DNA of 64,000 nt from a virus (IMGVR_UViG_3300035208_001463:1-64000); one strand, 5' to 3'; positions 1 to 11,078 are shown, counted from the first letter of the stretch. Notes: generated from the sequence alone by a model not told the origin. Program-made: numbers and translations.

Positions 1-322
1 ATCACAGTCTTCTGGATCATCATTTGCATTACTGCCGCTACACGTACCATAATATTTGCGCTTTTTTCGAAGCCATGTTATTAATGGAATTAACATCAGT
101 CCCCGCTCCTGCTTTGCACCCTCTGCCCGTAACGCTGCCTGTGCGGATGGATGGGAAAGGCAACCTACATACCTAAACCAATTAACGCAATTTTCATGCA
201 CCATCATCGGTATTGGTTTTTGGGCGTGACATTTGAACGGATACATTTTCATGTTCGTTGCCTCTGCAAATGGGCAGTTCCCGCAGTGGTATTCGCTGGT
301 GGTCATGGCGCACTGTTGCTGC

Positions 323-646
323 TTATCTGACATTTGGGATCTCCTTGTATTGTTCCGGGTGCAATCTGACATTGCACCGTATGTACGTATCTGCATCACA
401 GGATAGACAATCATCATCGCAAAAGAACGGACGATCTAATAGTTCCGATTCCTGCTGTGCTGTCACGGAACTATTGGAACGGATCAATCTGTTGATTTCA
501 CTTATCTGTTCTCTCTTCTTTTGCTCTCGGATTTGTGTAATTTCCACACCTTCGTATTTCCATTCCCCGCATGGAATATCAGAGGCGTACCCACATTTTT
601 TATCGTAACAATTATTACACGACGCGGGTGGTTGCTGTGCTGTCAT
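323..646 (-). CDS. small Cys-rich hypothetical protein
   Basis: 107 aa ORF with CxxC motifs at both ends, in a leftward run of small overlapping ORFs. Confidence 0.5.
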   Translation of the reverse strand: MTAQQPPASCNNCYDKKCGYASDIPCGEWKYEGVEITQIREQKKREQISEINRLIRSNSSVTAQQESELLDRPFFCDDDCLSCDADTYIRCNVRLHPEQYKEIPNVR

Positions 647-1289
647 GGTGCCAGCCCCATCAACGTGCAGGTTTCAATCTCCTGCTGCCAATTCTTTACC
701 TTACGGGCGTATTCACACGCTTGTTCCATCGTTTCGGCAATCACGTAGATGGAACGGGGCATTTCCCAAACCTTGTCAAACTCAATCCGGAAACAATATT
801 TTTTTACTTCCGTCATACCTCGCTCACTCCTCCTTCGCTCTCTTAAGAATCTCTTCTGGTTTTACTCCATAATCCAACTGCTGCGAACGTGCACACACGA
901 CACATCTATTATCAACAGGATGACAACCCTTCATTAGAAGCGAGTCATCAACATCCGATTCTACCCAACTACAGAATGTTTTGGTCATAGTTTATCCACC
1001 TCACCAATAACCCACTTCAACGCTTCCAATTTTATCTGTTCTGAATACGGGTCTCTTTCATCCATCCCTTCAATCCTACCTTCGAGACGAGCAATCATTA
1101 AGTTCACTTCCTCGTTTGTTTTCATACCAATCTATACGCATTAAAACATTATATACTTTTCTATGTTTATTTTTGCAGGTTTGATCTTCTTTCCAAAATA
1201 CGCATAGACCCCCAATACCTCCACAAGATTTCGCGTTTCTAATGATTTGTTAGTAATTGTGCGTATTACATATTTTTTGAAAGAAACGC

Positions 1290-1580
1290 GATTCTGGAGT
1301 AGAAACTATATGCGTGTGCAAATTTATAAAAAACGGGTATTTCCATTGGAATATAATATGCGTATAAATTTCCACAGGAAATAATATATAACAACCCATA
1401 TTTCCAGTAGAAATGTAACATAGAACGTATTATGAAAAAGTTAATTTAGAAATTTGAGTAAATTAGTAAATTTGGTATCTTTGCCGTTGCTTATAAACCC
1501 CCCCATTTCTTATCGTGTACCGTCAGTTTATATACTAATTAAAAAAATTACTAATTTACATAGATTACATAGATTGCTGA
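1290..1580. repeat. iteron-like repeats, candidate replication origin
   Basis: Three imperfect palindromes TTTCCAnnGGAA/TTTCCAGTAGAAA about 30 bp apart (near 1340, 1368, 1401), TAGATTACA tandem near 1556-1576, AT-rich non-coding DNA just downstream of the primase gene. Confidence 0.4.
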
Positions 1581-1691
1581 TATTCCTTAACTTACTCACT
1601 ATACGCGTGGGAATTGGTGTATAGAAAAGTATATATAGTAGTATTATTAAAAAAGACAATATTTTTTATAACGGTGAGTATATAAATAAAA

Positions 1692-4226
1692 TTATGGCAT
1701 CTTATAAAAAGTTGTCGGTTTTGATGAGTTGCCAACTTTCTTTTCTTCAGATACCACAAGACCGAGTTCCGATATAAAATCGTTGAGTTGTGTTCTCCCA
1801 TGTATTGAAACTATATCTCCTATTTCTGTGCGCGATAATTGTTTTCGTTCAGATAATGCTTTCATGAGTTTCGAGAATTTTCCTTTCCCATATGTAAGTT
1901 TTTGTGCTTTGATTGAAGTTTTATAAAATACATTTTCTGCCCAATCGCAAGCGATTGTTATATATTTTTCCGGAATTTCGAAATATATTTCTTGTAACAT
2001 CTTTGGCATGTTACCTTCGTATAATGATTCGTTTTCTAAAAATGTTTTAAATTCTGATGATGTTAATGTTAAATTCATAGCTGCTTTTCTTGCTTGATCG
2101 TAAACACGATTATATGTGGATCTTTCCATTTCCGAATAATCCGACCCGGCTGATTTTTCACGCAATGTTCGTTTCCAAGTATTCATGCGTTTACTTTCTG
2201 CAAATACAACCGTTCTTCCACCTATCAACTTTATTAAATTTTCAATCTCCGATATTATTTCTTCTTTGAGTCTCAAACATTGATCGCTAATTGCTTCATC
2301 CTCTTTAATTTCTTTTTTCCTAGTTGGCATTATAAAAAATGCACGGAGAAAGAAGCCACTTGTAAATTGTTCCTTATCTGCATAATCCCCAAATGCTTCC
2401 GGGACTGTATTCCACAACGCAGACAGGTGTGGAGTATTCGCTACAACCAACCCGTTTTTCATCGTCTCTTTCGACAATTTTGCTCCGTCGTATGCTTTAA
2501 TATAATCTTCTGCAAGATCTGTTGCATATTCCTTTTTCATAAATTTCATAAATCCGACTGCTTCGTCTACATAATGAATTCCCCGCGTGTGCTCTCCCTG
2601 TAAAGAAATTGCTAATATTTCTGGTGTTATCTTTGTAGCTATTCTTTTTACATGGGATGATATACGATCATCATATGTAATTGCCATTCCACCACTAGTT
2701 GCTGTTGATTTCCCACTGACACCAGATGGACCAAGAATAATCCCAAACATATTATTTGATACGCCGTTCTCTGCATATTGTGGTCGCATTTCAGCCCTTA
2801 TCAAATGACTGATAATGACAAGTATTGTACATAAATGATATTCTTCATATGCATCCTGTGTGAGTTTTCCAAATTCTACCCATTTGGAAATAAGATTTTC
2901 GCTTGGGGGAACATCTAAAAAGAATGGTTCGTCTTCAATAACTGGCATTAAAGCAGGTGTCTCTTCTATTGGTATTTGTTTCGTGGGATTTACCGAAGAT
3001 AATATTCCTGATATATCTACAGGTTCTTTTTGTGATTCGGTATATTGTGGATCATAATGAGAAGTGCTATCGCGTATTGCTTTATCTATAGTATAATTTC
3101 TAATATAATCAACACGGTTCCACTTATCACGAACGAGCCCGGATTTGCGCATTATTCTTTCAATTTGATTCGGATCGGTTGTATAAAATGCAAGGATGTT
3201 TGCCAATGCCATATCTGCTGCACTTCTGTCGTTGTTATTTCCAGATATGGAACCACCCATCAAACTTTTAAATTTATCGGAGTTGTATGATTTTGAAGCG
3301 ATATTTATAATTTCTTCGTCTGACAAAGATTTGGTGATTTGTTGTGAAATCACATGCGTTTCTTTCGTTGGTAATATTTTTTCAATCCCATGTGGATTTA
3401 AAATAGAATCCAACGCGAGTCGTATTACTGATACTGGGTATTCTTTTATATCATCTGTAGAATTTTTCCATTTGTTTCCGGTGAATGTGAAATATCTTTC
3501 TTTCGAATATATTTCAATATTATTTTTTCGCTTACCGAAATGTTCTTTTCCATTTGTATCTTTTGAATAATATGGGTGTTCGTTGCATTTTATAATTATA
3601 TGTAAACCTTTATCACTCGGTGTAATTTCTGTATATGATTTTAGAATTTGTGTGATCGTATTAAATTTTTCATCGGTAATATTATATTCCGAATCCAAAC
3701 ATTTATCGAGATCTATTCCAATAAGCATCTTATTTTCTCTGGAGACCCCATCGAATACAAATCCGATACCCTTCTCTTTTGAAGATTGTATTTCAGAAAC
3801 ATCTTCAAATCGTTTCCATGTGGTAGGATCGGTTGTGGATGCTTTTATTCCGGTCTGCGAATATGGAACTTTGGTTGGTTTACCATCTCGTGTTTCTAGT
3901 TTCCACCCTACCCAGTTGGTCAACGTTTTTAATTCATATGGGATATTTACATATTTATTACTGCGCGCATCAGCACGTGGACCCATTTCCTCTATTATTA
4001 TTATTCGTTTTCCAATTTCATTATCGGTTATTATTCTCAATTTTGTTTTTGTGTCTATATAGTTAGACCACGAAAATTCTTTTCCACAGTAAATGCATCT
4101 TCCATGTTCTGTAAACTTTGTTCCATCTTTTGTACCATCTTCACGCACAAAAATTTCGGTGCCCGTGTGTTCATATTTATGCCCGGGACAAGTTGTTTCT
4201 GTTGGTTTTTCATTCAATAATTGCAC
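1692..4226 (-). CDS. primase-polymerase (NrS-1-like prim-pol plus helix bundle) fused to DUF3987-like P-loop domain
   Basis: WVGWK..TKVPY, ASTTDPTTW, GIGFVF, GIDLD, YTEITPSDKGLH, IEIY..RYFTFTG; helix bundle DRSAADMAL..RDKW; Walker A GPSGVSGKST, Walker B YVDEA. Confidence 0.85.
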   Translation of the reverse strand: MQLLNEKPTETTCPGHKYEHTGTEIFVREDGTKDGTKFTEHGRCIYCGKEFSWSNYIDTKTKLRIITDNEIGKRIIIIEEMGPRADARSNKYVNIPYELKTLTNWVGWKLETRDGKPTKVPYSQTGIKASTTDPTTWKRFEDVSEIQSSKEKGIGFVFDGVSRENKMLIGIDLDKCLDSEYNITDEKFNTITQILKSYTEITPSDKGLHIIIKCNEHPYYSKDTNGKEHFGKRKNNIEIYSKERYFTFTGNKWKNSTDDIKEYPVSVIRLALDSILNPHGIEKILPTKETHVISQQITKSLSDEEIINIASKSYNSDKFKSLMGGSISGNNNDRSAADMALANILAFYTTDPNQIERIMRKSGLVRDKWNRVDYIRNYTIDKAIRDSTSHYDPQYTESQKEPVDISGILSSVNPTKQIPIEETPALMPVIEDEPFFLDVPPSENLISKWVEFGKLTQDAYEEYHLCTILVIISHLIRAEMRPQYAENGVSNNMFGIILGPSGVSGKSTATSGGMAITYDDRISSHVKRIATKITPEILAISLQGEHTRGIHYVDEAVGFMKFMKKEYATDLAEDYIKAYDGAKLSKETMKNGLVVANTPHLSALWNTVPEAFGDYADKEQFTSGFFLRAFFIMPTRKKEIKEDEAISDQCLRLKEEIISEIENLIKLIGGRTVVFAESKRMNTWKRTLREKSAGSDYSEMERSTYNRVYDQARKAAMNLTLTSSEFKTFLENESLYEGNMPKMLQEIYFEIPEKYITIACDWAENVFYKTSIKAQKLTYGKGKFSKLMKALSERKQLSRTEIGDIVSIHGRTQLNDFISELGLVVSEEKKVGNSSKPTTFYKMP

Positions 4227-5598
4227 CTTCTGGCAACTTTATCTTTTTCCCACTGAATACATCTTCTATAGTAAGAATCTGTATTTTTGGAACACCCGGT
4301 TTATATTCTCCTGTATATGTAAGTTCTTCTTTCATTCCCCGTGTTGGCAAATCTCGTATTATAAATACCCCAATATCGGAATGCTCACGATTTGTTACCG
4401 TTATGAGTTCACGTAACTGTGTTGGTGTTGAAGAACCAGATTTTATGGAAGCAATTATTTTTATAATGGAACCATCTTTATTTCTATAATTTATTTTCCC
4501 ATCTATTCCTTTATCTGCACCTTTTTTACCATCCCATCGTAATCCCAGTTTTTTACATATTTCTCTTTGTGATGCATATTTATCTACCGCTGCAAGACGT
4601 AATGCTTCTATTGCATTTGGAGGACGAACTGTGACATCCGGTTCATTTACTCCCGCATCTTTAAAACGTTTTAATATTACATCTTTTGCAATTTGTGTGC
4701 GATCGATTCCTATATATAACAAACCTTTTTTTGCAGCAACAGCGCACGAAGTTCCGCACCCACAAAATGGATCGAATACAATACCATTGGGCGGGCACGA
4801 AGCGGAGATAATGCGTTCTAATAATGCCTCTGGTTTTTGTGTTGGGTATCCAAGGCGCTCTTTTGGTGATATATGCCCACCAGATGGTATATCTACCCAA
4901 AAATCTTCCGGTAATTTGCCACGATCAATATATTTTTGACGGGTTTTTTCATCTTGCAATTTTCCATTGTTGCCCCAAAGTTTAGCACCTTTTCCTTTAT
5001 CTGTATGTAATTCTTTATATGGAATTCTTACAGCATCTATATTGAAATAATAGTTATTGGTTTTAGAATATCTCAAAATAATATCGTGCTTTTTTGGGAA
5101 ATTTGTTTTGATATTTGATGGACCGGTATAACACCACACAATTTCGTTTCTAAAATTTTCTTCTCCGAATATCAAATCCATTATTACTTTTAGATAATGG
5201 CTTTCTGTCGGATCAATATGAAGATAAATAGATCCCGTTGGTTTAAGAATACGATGCATCTCTTTGAGTCGCGCAGACATGAATGTGAGATACGCAAAGT
5301 GATTCATATCTTTTGATGCACCTTCTTTTATGAATGAAAGAAAACGCGATAGTTTATCATGATCAAGTTCTATTGTTTTAAATTCAATATCTGTTGCTTC
5401 TTTGTGGTCAAGATAATTCCAAGTGTCTTCAAATCCATCAACTTGACCAATATCATCAAAATTGCAGTTATAAATCTTTTTTGAGTTAAATGGTGGATCG
5501 AGATATATTAAATCTACACATTTATCTGCAATATCTTCGCGCATTACTTGGAGGTTATCCCCAATATACAATTCTCCGGTTTTCAAAGCGTCAATCAT
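4210..5598 (-). CDS. beta-class amino DNA methyltransferase with C-terminal Mrr-like domain
   Basis: DLIYLDPPF, YPTQKPEALLERII, FDPFCGCGT; C-terminal DKGIDG...IIASIKSG. Confidence 0.9.
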   Translation of the reverse strand: MIDALKTGELYIGDNLQVMREDIADKCVDLIYLDPPFNSKKIYNCNFDDIGQVDGFEDTWNYLDHKEATDIEFKTIELDHDKLSRFLSFIKEGASKDMNHFAYLTFMSARLKEMHRILKPTGSIYLHIDPTESHYLKVIMDLIFGEENFRNEIVWCYTGPSNIKTNFPKKHDIILRYSKTNNYYFNIDAVRIPYKELHTDKGKGAKLWGNNGKLQDEKTRQKYIDRGKLPEDFWVDIPSGGHISPKERLGYPTQKPEALLERIISASCPPNGIVFDPFCGCGTSCAVAAKKGLLYIGIDRTQIAKDVILKRFKDAGVNEPDVTVRPPNAIEALRLAAVDKYASQREICKKLGLRWDGKKGADKGIDGKINYRNKDGSIIKIIASIKSGSSTPTQLRELITVTNREHSDIGVFIIRDLPTRGMKEELTYTGEYKPGVPKIQILTIEDVFSGKKIKLPEGAIIE

Positions 5599-5768
5599 TT
5601 TCTTTCCTCCAAATAATCAGAAAGTTTTAAAACGGTTTCATATCCAACATTACCCGCTTGATTATTTGCTATCCTCCATATTGTAGGAGTGGAGAGCCCC
5701 GTTCTACGGCTCACTTCGCTTAAGTTTCTATCTTGTAAAAGTTCTTGTATTTTTTCCAATTCCAACAT
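5595..5768 (-). CDS. small Cro-like HTH regulator (57 aa, not in ORF track)
   Basis: Hand translation MLELEKIQELLQDRNLSEVSRRTGLSTPTIWRIANNQAGNVGYETVLKLSDYLEERK; ATGA overlap with the MTase start; TATA upstream near 5793. Confidence 0.85.
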   Translation of the reverse strand: MLELEKIQELLQDRNLSEVSRRTGLSTPTIWRIANNQAGNVGYETVLKLSDYLEERK

Positions 5769-5954
5769 ACAAACAATGTAGGAGTTTATAGTATTTATAC
5801 ATTTCGTAAATGGATTATTTTATTCAAATATGTAAATTAAAAATATGGTAAAAATGGTTTGTTTTGAAAGTAGAAAAAGATTTTGTTTGGTCGTGCGCGC
5901 GCAAAATCATAGAAAACTATATAATGAATGGACGCGTATATGGTAGTGATTAAA

Positions 5955-6173
5955 ATGGGCTTATTAGATATTTTTTCTCACGAATATGATATCAGAGCAA
6001 AAGTTTTGTTATCTGATGGAAGAATGGTCAATGTTAAAATTCCGATTAAAGCCAGAGGTGTAAGCAAAGAAGAATTAACAGAAGCGGTAATAAAAGAAAT
6101 TGAAAAGAATATGAGATCTAAAGTAAAGAAAATTATTAAGATGTATGATGCAAACGAAAATGGGGAGAAGTAA
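5955..6173 (+). CDS. hypothetical protein
   Basis: First ORF after the TATA+ACGCGT promoter at 5918-5937; start moved to the internal ATG. Confidence 0.55.
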   Translation: MGLLDIFSHEYDIRAKVLLSDGRMVNVKIPIKARGVSKEELTEAVIKEIEKNMRSKVKKIIKMYDANENGEK

Positions 6174-6175
6174 GG

Positions 6176-6529
6176 ATGAAATATATTTTTATAATTTTAA
6201 TAATAATGTTGTGCGCGGCACCGGTATTGGCAATAACATACCCACAGGAGTATTATACATTACAAACACAATCTGATTCGTATGAACATTATATTTCGGA
6301 TTTAATTGATAACATGAGTAATCTTAATAATATGTGGGATGCAAAAACATATTTAATGTTACATTATGATCTTAAACGTCAAAACATATTGTTGGAAAAA
6401 CAAAACGAACTGCAAGCAGAACTCATAAAGGCACAGTGGGTTGAGACGTGTTACTCTGATTATTCTGGATATGGTAATGTTTCCGCGTGGAAATCCGAAT
6501 GTGCGAATGCGGGATATCCGGTGGGATGA
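6176..6529 (+). CDS. secreted/membrane-anchored hypothetical protein
   Basis: Signal peptide MKYIFIILIIMLCAAPVLA. Confidence 0.6.
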   Translation: MKYIFIILIIMLCAAPVLAITYPQEYYTLQTQSDSYEHYISDLIDNMSNLNNMWDAKTYLMLHYDLKRQNILLEKQNELQAELIKAQWVETCYSDYSGYGNVSAWKSECANAGYPVG

Positions 6530-6862
6530 AGATGAAAGATAATATTGAATTGATCAATGAAATTGAAAAAGATATTATCACTCTTATATATTTAATTCCA
6601 GAAGATCTTTCGAATACGGAGCGAGTATATGAAATTAAAAATTATTTTATGATTAAGAGGCGCGATTTAAAATGATCCAAACAACCATCTCCGAAGAAAC
6701 AATTTCCGAAGCCCTTGCTTTAAGAGTATTAGTTAAGAGATTTATTGAAGATAATAAAATCCGTTGCGCGGAGTCGGTTTATCAAACCGATTGTGTTGCT
6801 GAAAACTCATTGGAGTTTATTGAATCGTTGTGTGAAGTTGTTGGGTATTGTGAGGAATAAAA

Positions 6863-7186
6863 ATGACCGAAAGAAAAGAAATAACGTTGCCAATAAAATG
6901 CAGCACTGTAAAATGCGCATATGAAGTATTACGAGAAATCGCATTGGTCATTGGAGTGTTGCTACCATTTATTGGCGCGGCAATGTGTGTGGCATCGTGG
7001 TATATATTTGCGTATGTTGACCAGATTAAAATTGTTAAGATGACTTCATTGGGGCCAGTTATTTATTATAGTGACACCGCTTTATTCTTGGGATTTGTTG
7101 GATTCTTTTCGTTAATGATAGGAATTATTCCGTGTAGCATGATTTTGTCAGATAGATATAAAATATCATGTATTAAGGATGATTAA
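6863..7186 (+). CDS. two-TM membrane protein
   Basis: Two hydrophobic segments; GAGG RBS. Confidence 0.55.
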   Translation: MTERKEITLPIKCSTVKCAYEVLREIALVIGVLLPFIGAAMCVASWYIFAYVDQIKIVKMTSLGPVIYYSDTALFLGFVGFFSLMIGIIPCSMILSDRYKISCIKDD

Positions 7187-7332
7187 AAATGATTGAAATA
7201 TTAATTGATTATCCTATACTTGGATATGTAATACCAATAGGCTTGTTTATGTTAATAGTTGTTTATTTATTTTATTATGTTTTCATCAAAAAATAAAATA
7301 TTCCTTTACTATTTTCACCCCCACCAACCAAA

Positions 7333-7351
7333 CCTATAAATACTAACGCGT
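7333..7351 (+). promoter_or_regulatory. TATA + ACGCGT promoter (type example of a recurring motif)
   Basis: CCTATAAATACTAACGCGT 13 nt before the ATG; near-identical TTAAATACTAACGCGT at 8186-8201 and TTAAATACTTACGCGT at 12202-12217. Confidence 0.75.
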
Positions 7352-7364
7352 ATTATATATAATA

Positions 7365-8168
7365 ATGACAAAACTCATAAAAACGTTTATAAGATACCCC
7401 GGTGGCAAAAGCAGAATGATTGAACCCATTCTTTCTAGATTGCCACAATCAGAAACATTTACAGATGTTTTTGTGGGTGGTGGAAGCATATCGATTGCGT
7501 ATGCTCAAAAGTACCCCGATTCTATAATACATATGAATGATTTTGATAAGTTTACTTATTCAATATGGAAAGTTATTGTATCTGGATCAGATCAAGACAT
7601 TCAAAAATTGTTTGAATTAATTTGTCAAGTTCCTACAATTGATTTATTTAAAAAAAACAGAGAATTGATGAAGTCCGATGATATAATTATGCGCGCGTAT
7701 TTAGGCATATTTTTTCATAAATGTACATTCTCTGGTATGTTCGACGGGAATCCAATGGGCGGGTTTGGTCAAAAGTCTAAATATAAGATCGGATGCGTTT
7801 ATAATATAGATAATATAATAAATAAAATACAATCTGTTAGAACATTATTGCGTGGAAGAACAATAGTTACCAATACCGATTTCAGAAATTTGGAGTTGGG
7901 GGATGTTAGTTATTTTGACCCACCATATGTTGTTGTTGGAAATAAATTATATGCTATGCCATTTAATGAAAAGGATCACATTGATTTAAAAAATTTTATC
8001 AGTAACAAAAAATCAAAGTGGTTGCTTTCTTATAATGATCACCCATTGGTTAGGGATTTATATTCCAATTACAAAATAGAAGAATTTAATCATATAATGA
8101 ATATGACTTCATTTTGTAAAGAGAAAAAATCTCGCGTTAAAACAGAGTTGTTAATTTCAAAAATTTAA
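7365..8168 (+). CDS. Dam-family (D12 class) DNA adenine methyltransferase
   Basis: RYPGGKS, DVFVGGGS, NDFD, YFDPPY, WLLSYND, ELLIS. Confidence 0.92.
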   Translation: MTKLIKTFIRYPGGKSRMIEPILSRLPQSETFTDVFVGGGSISIAYAQKYPDSIIHMNDFDKFTYSIWKVIVSGSDQDIQKLFELICQVPTIDLFKKNRELMKSDDIIMRAYLGIFFHKCTFSGMFDGNPMGGFGQKSKYKIGCVYNIDNIINKIQSVRTLLRGRTIVTNTDFRNLELGDVSYFDPPYVVVGNKLYAMPFNEKDHIDLKNFISNKKSKWLLSYNDHPLVRDLYSNYKIEEFNHIMNMTSFCKEKKSRVKTELLISKI

Positions 8169-8282
8169 ATTTCTAATAGATACAATTAAATACTAACGCG
8201 TCCTACATATATACGCGATATGACGCGTTGCGCGTCCGACCGCACAGAAACGAACGACGAACAAAACGAATGGAGAACTATT

Positions 8283-9032
8283 GTGATTGATCTTAAAAGT
8301 ATTAGTAAAAATTCTCCGAAGAAACCACGCATCGTAATTTATGGTCCAAGTGGCATTGGAAAAACCACATTTGGTGCGTCTGCTCCAGATCCAATCTTCA
8401 TCATTACGGAAGATGGACTTGGAGATATTGACGTGCCGCACTTCCCGCTTGCGAAGTCCTATGACGATGTAATAGATGCATTGGAATCTTTGCTCAAAGA
8501 AGACCACGAATTTAAAACCGTGGTTGTTGATTCTTTGGACTGGACGGAGAATTTGGTATGGGAAAAAACTTGTAAGCGTCTGCATGTTACCTCCATTGAA
8601 GAACCCGGATATGGACGCGGGTATGTAGAAGCATCTACTGAATGGAAAGACCTGTTGGACATTCTTACACGTCTGCGTGATGAAAAGGATATGGTAGTTA
8701 TCATGATTGCGCACGGCGCGGTTGTGAAAATTGAAGATCCTATTCACCCGGCATATGATCAGAATGGATTGAAACTGCATAAGCGCGCAGCGGCAAAAGT
8801 TGAAGAGTATGCAGACATCATGGGATTCTGCGCGCTTAAAACCCTTGTGACCACAGAGAAGGAAGGATTCAACCAGACTCGCAACCGGGCAATTGATACC
8901 GGAATCCGTGAGATGTATCTTACACCCTCCGCTGGATTTAAGGCAAAGAACAGGTATAGGTTGCCCCCATCAATTCCGCTTGATTATTCGGAACTAGAGA
9001 AACTTTTACCTTATGCACAGAAAGAGGAATAA
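8283..9032 (+). CDS. Sak4-like AAA_24 ATPase/recombinase
   Basis: YGPSGIGKTT, TVVVDSLDW, GYGRGY, AKNRY; GTG start after GGAG RBS (track start 8220). Confidence 0.88.
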   Translation: MIDLKSISKNSPKKPRIVIYGPSGIGKTTFGASAPDPIFIITEDGLGDIDVPHFPLAKSYDDVIDALESLLKEDHEFKTVVVDSLDWTENLVWEKTCKRLHVTSIEEPGYGRGYVEASTEWKDLLDILTRLRDEKDMVVIMIAHGAVVKIEDPIHPAYDQNGLKLHKRAAAKVEEYADIMGFCALKTLVTTEKEGFNQTRNRAIDTGIREMYLTPSAGFKAKNRYRLPPSIPLDYSELEKLLPYAQKEE

Positions 9033-9058
9033 AAATATATAAAGGAGATTGATACAAA

Positions 9059-9550
9059 ATGACTGAACTTAATTTCGATGCGAATGTTGTGGAACCGGCG
9101 ACGGGCCGGTTTGAATTGTTACCGATCAATGACTATCTCGCTGTTATTAGCGAGAGTGCGAAGGTACCCAATAAGAAGACCAATGGAGAACACATTTCAT
9201 TTACATTCACTGTGATTGAAGGCGAGTGTAAGGATCGAAAGGTATTTACGAATCTTAACCTCATTAATGACAATCCCGACACCGTAGAAATTGCAAAGAG
9301 GGATCTCTCTGCGATCTGTCGCGCCACGGGTGTTCTTCATCCGAAGGATACTGCGGAACTTCACAATATCCCGGTTGTGATTTCTGTGGGCATTCGTAAG
9401 GGTAGCAACGGCTATGAAGATTCAAATATTATCAAGAAGTTTTCAAGGGTCGATGGAAAGGAACTCAAGGATGTTACGGATGCAACTCCTGCTACAAAGA
9501 CTGCTGCGCCGGTTGCTGGTGGAGCCAAGCGGAAACCTTGGCAGAAATAA
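9059..9550 (+). CDS. DUF669-like single-stranded DNA-binding protein
   Basis: FELLP..Y.AVI, GECKDRKVF.NLNL, IA..LSAICRATG, low-complexity tail ending KPWQK; follows the Sak4-like gene. Confidence 0.82.
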   Translation: MTELNFDANVVEPATGRFELLPINDYLAVISESAKVPNKKTNGEHISFTFTVIEGECKDRKVFTNLNLINDNPDTVEIAKRDLSAICRATGVLHPKDTAELHNIPVVISVGIRKGSNGYEDSNIIKKFSRVDGKELKDVTDATPATKTAAPVAGGAKRKPWQK

Positions 9551-9608
9551 TTCAACCTCTTTTTTCGGTTCGTTGTTCCGGAGAGAGGTGTTTAGGAGTT
9601 TAAAAAAC

Positions 9609-9776
9609 ATGGAGAAGAACCTCATTATTACATATTGTTTGCAGTGTTATCATTTTGAGCAGTCATCTTCAGAATACCACGGAGAAAGTTTATCGGCTTG
9701 CGAACATCCAGATATTGGACATAAACTCGTAACATATGCAGAACAAGAGTCTTTCCCGGAATGGTGCCCGTTATGA
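9609..9776 (+). CDS. Cys-rich microprotein (PxWCxL family)
   Basis: CLQC...CEHP...FPEWCPL; AGGAG RBS. Confidence 0.6.
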   Translation: MEKNLIITYCLQCYHFEQSSSEYHGESLSACEHPDIGHKLVTYAEQESFPEWCPL

Positions 9777-10402
9777 TTGAAGTTACTTGGTTATTAATTT
9801 CTACTATAACGTTGTGGATATCAATTATTTGTGGATTACCTTTATTTTTATTATTTGCAATAGAAACACACCCGGGTAATTTTGGATCTCCATTTGTATT
9901 TATACCAACCGTAATAAAAATATGCCTTGTATTATTTCTTATATTATGTGTTACTATTCCAACACACTTCTACGCAGAAGATCAACGTCCATATACAATC
10001 ACTCCACAAAATACTTGGAATGATATACAAATTCAAAATATTACAAGTCTTTCTGAAGATCAACGATGGTCTATGAATGGCGGTGGGTCTTTCTTCCTTG
10101 GATGCGGGAGAGCATATATTAACGGGGGATCGGTTAATCAGTATGTATTTTATAAAGTGACTCCGAATGGATATCAACTCGGAACGTTGGATGCAGACAA
10201 TGTATTTATAAAAGAGGACGAAAATAAATATCCATATGTTGAATGGGTTTATTCACATACTACCAATCCATTAAAACAGTGGGATGATGATGGGAAAATA
10301 GATTATACTATGAATGGGGCGGAGACTAGTAAGTTAATTGCTACGTATATTCACGTTCCGAGCGGGACTATAATTAAGGATTATTCTTTAGGAGGGAAAT
10401 AA
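9773..10402 (+). CDS. membrane protein with extracytoplasmic domain
   Basis: Two N-terminal TM segments, then GSFFLGCG...YVFYK and IHVPSGTI. Confidence 0.6.
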   Translation: MIEVTWLLISTITLWISIICGLPLFLLFAIETHPGNFGSPFVFIPTVIKICLVLFLILCVTIPTHFYAEDQRPYTITPQNTWNDIQIQNITSLSEDQRWSMNGGGSFFLGCGRAYINGGSVNQYVFYKVTPNGYQLGTLDADNVFIKEDENKYPYVEWVYSHTTNPLKQWDDDGKIDYTMNGAETSKLIATYIHVPSGTIIKDYSLGGK

Positions 10403-10810
10403 ATGATAACAATAGAATTTTCATTTGCGTGGTTATTTTGTGGTTTGATGGTGTTGATCATATTTGTGATGATGTCCGGAATTTTTGCAACCCCTAAAGA
10501 CACCGTTGCAATAATTATTATCGGAGTTGAGATTATTCTATTATTAGATTTATTTTGTGTATTTGGTTCTGCTTTATATATGAGTCATCCAACAAATGGA
10601 TATAAATTCTATGATAATCAATGGAATCAAGTGTGTAAAGAATATAATTATACAACATATTCTTTTGATGATGCGCAGCCATGTATAATGCCAACACCAC
10701 AAGACAATCCATACGAGAAGCAACCATTGCATCCTATAGCATGGATGTTTGAATTTGTGTGGGATTTGGGTAAAGTGGTAACTGGTGCGGTTCAATTTAA
10801 GGTGATGTGA
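10403..10810 (+). CDS. membrane protein
   Basis: Two hydrophobic segments; GGAGG RBS. Confidence 0.55.
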   Translation: MITIEFSFAWLFCGLMVLIIFVMMSGIFATPKDTVAIIIIGVEIILLLDLFCVFGSALYMSHPTNGYKFYDNQWNQVCKEYNYTTYSFDDAQPCIMPTPQDNPYEKQPLHPIAWMFEFVWDLGKVVTGAVQFKVM

Positions 10811-11078
10811 AAATGTTAAAAATAGAGCATAAAGCAATTATTGTAATTGGGTCGTTGCTTTCATTTTGGGTTGCATATTTTTCGTGTTTGTGCGGAACGA
10901 TGATCGGGTGTGCATTTGGTATTGCAATGATTGTTCTCATATGTCTTATAGATTATAGATTTAAGATTTCTCTTTTTGATTGGGGGAAAAGAGACGGAAA
11001 ATTAATATATGATGTTGATATCGTTGCTATGCAAAACGAACGTGGGGAAATAGAATTGAAATTTTTGAGGTAATATAA

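Noticed and set aside
1330-1420. Degenerate CRISPR repeats
   Set aside because: Units too short and divergent, period only about 30 bp
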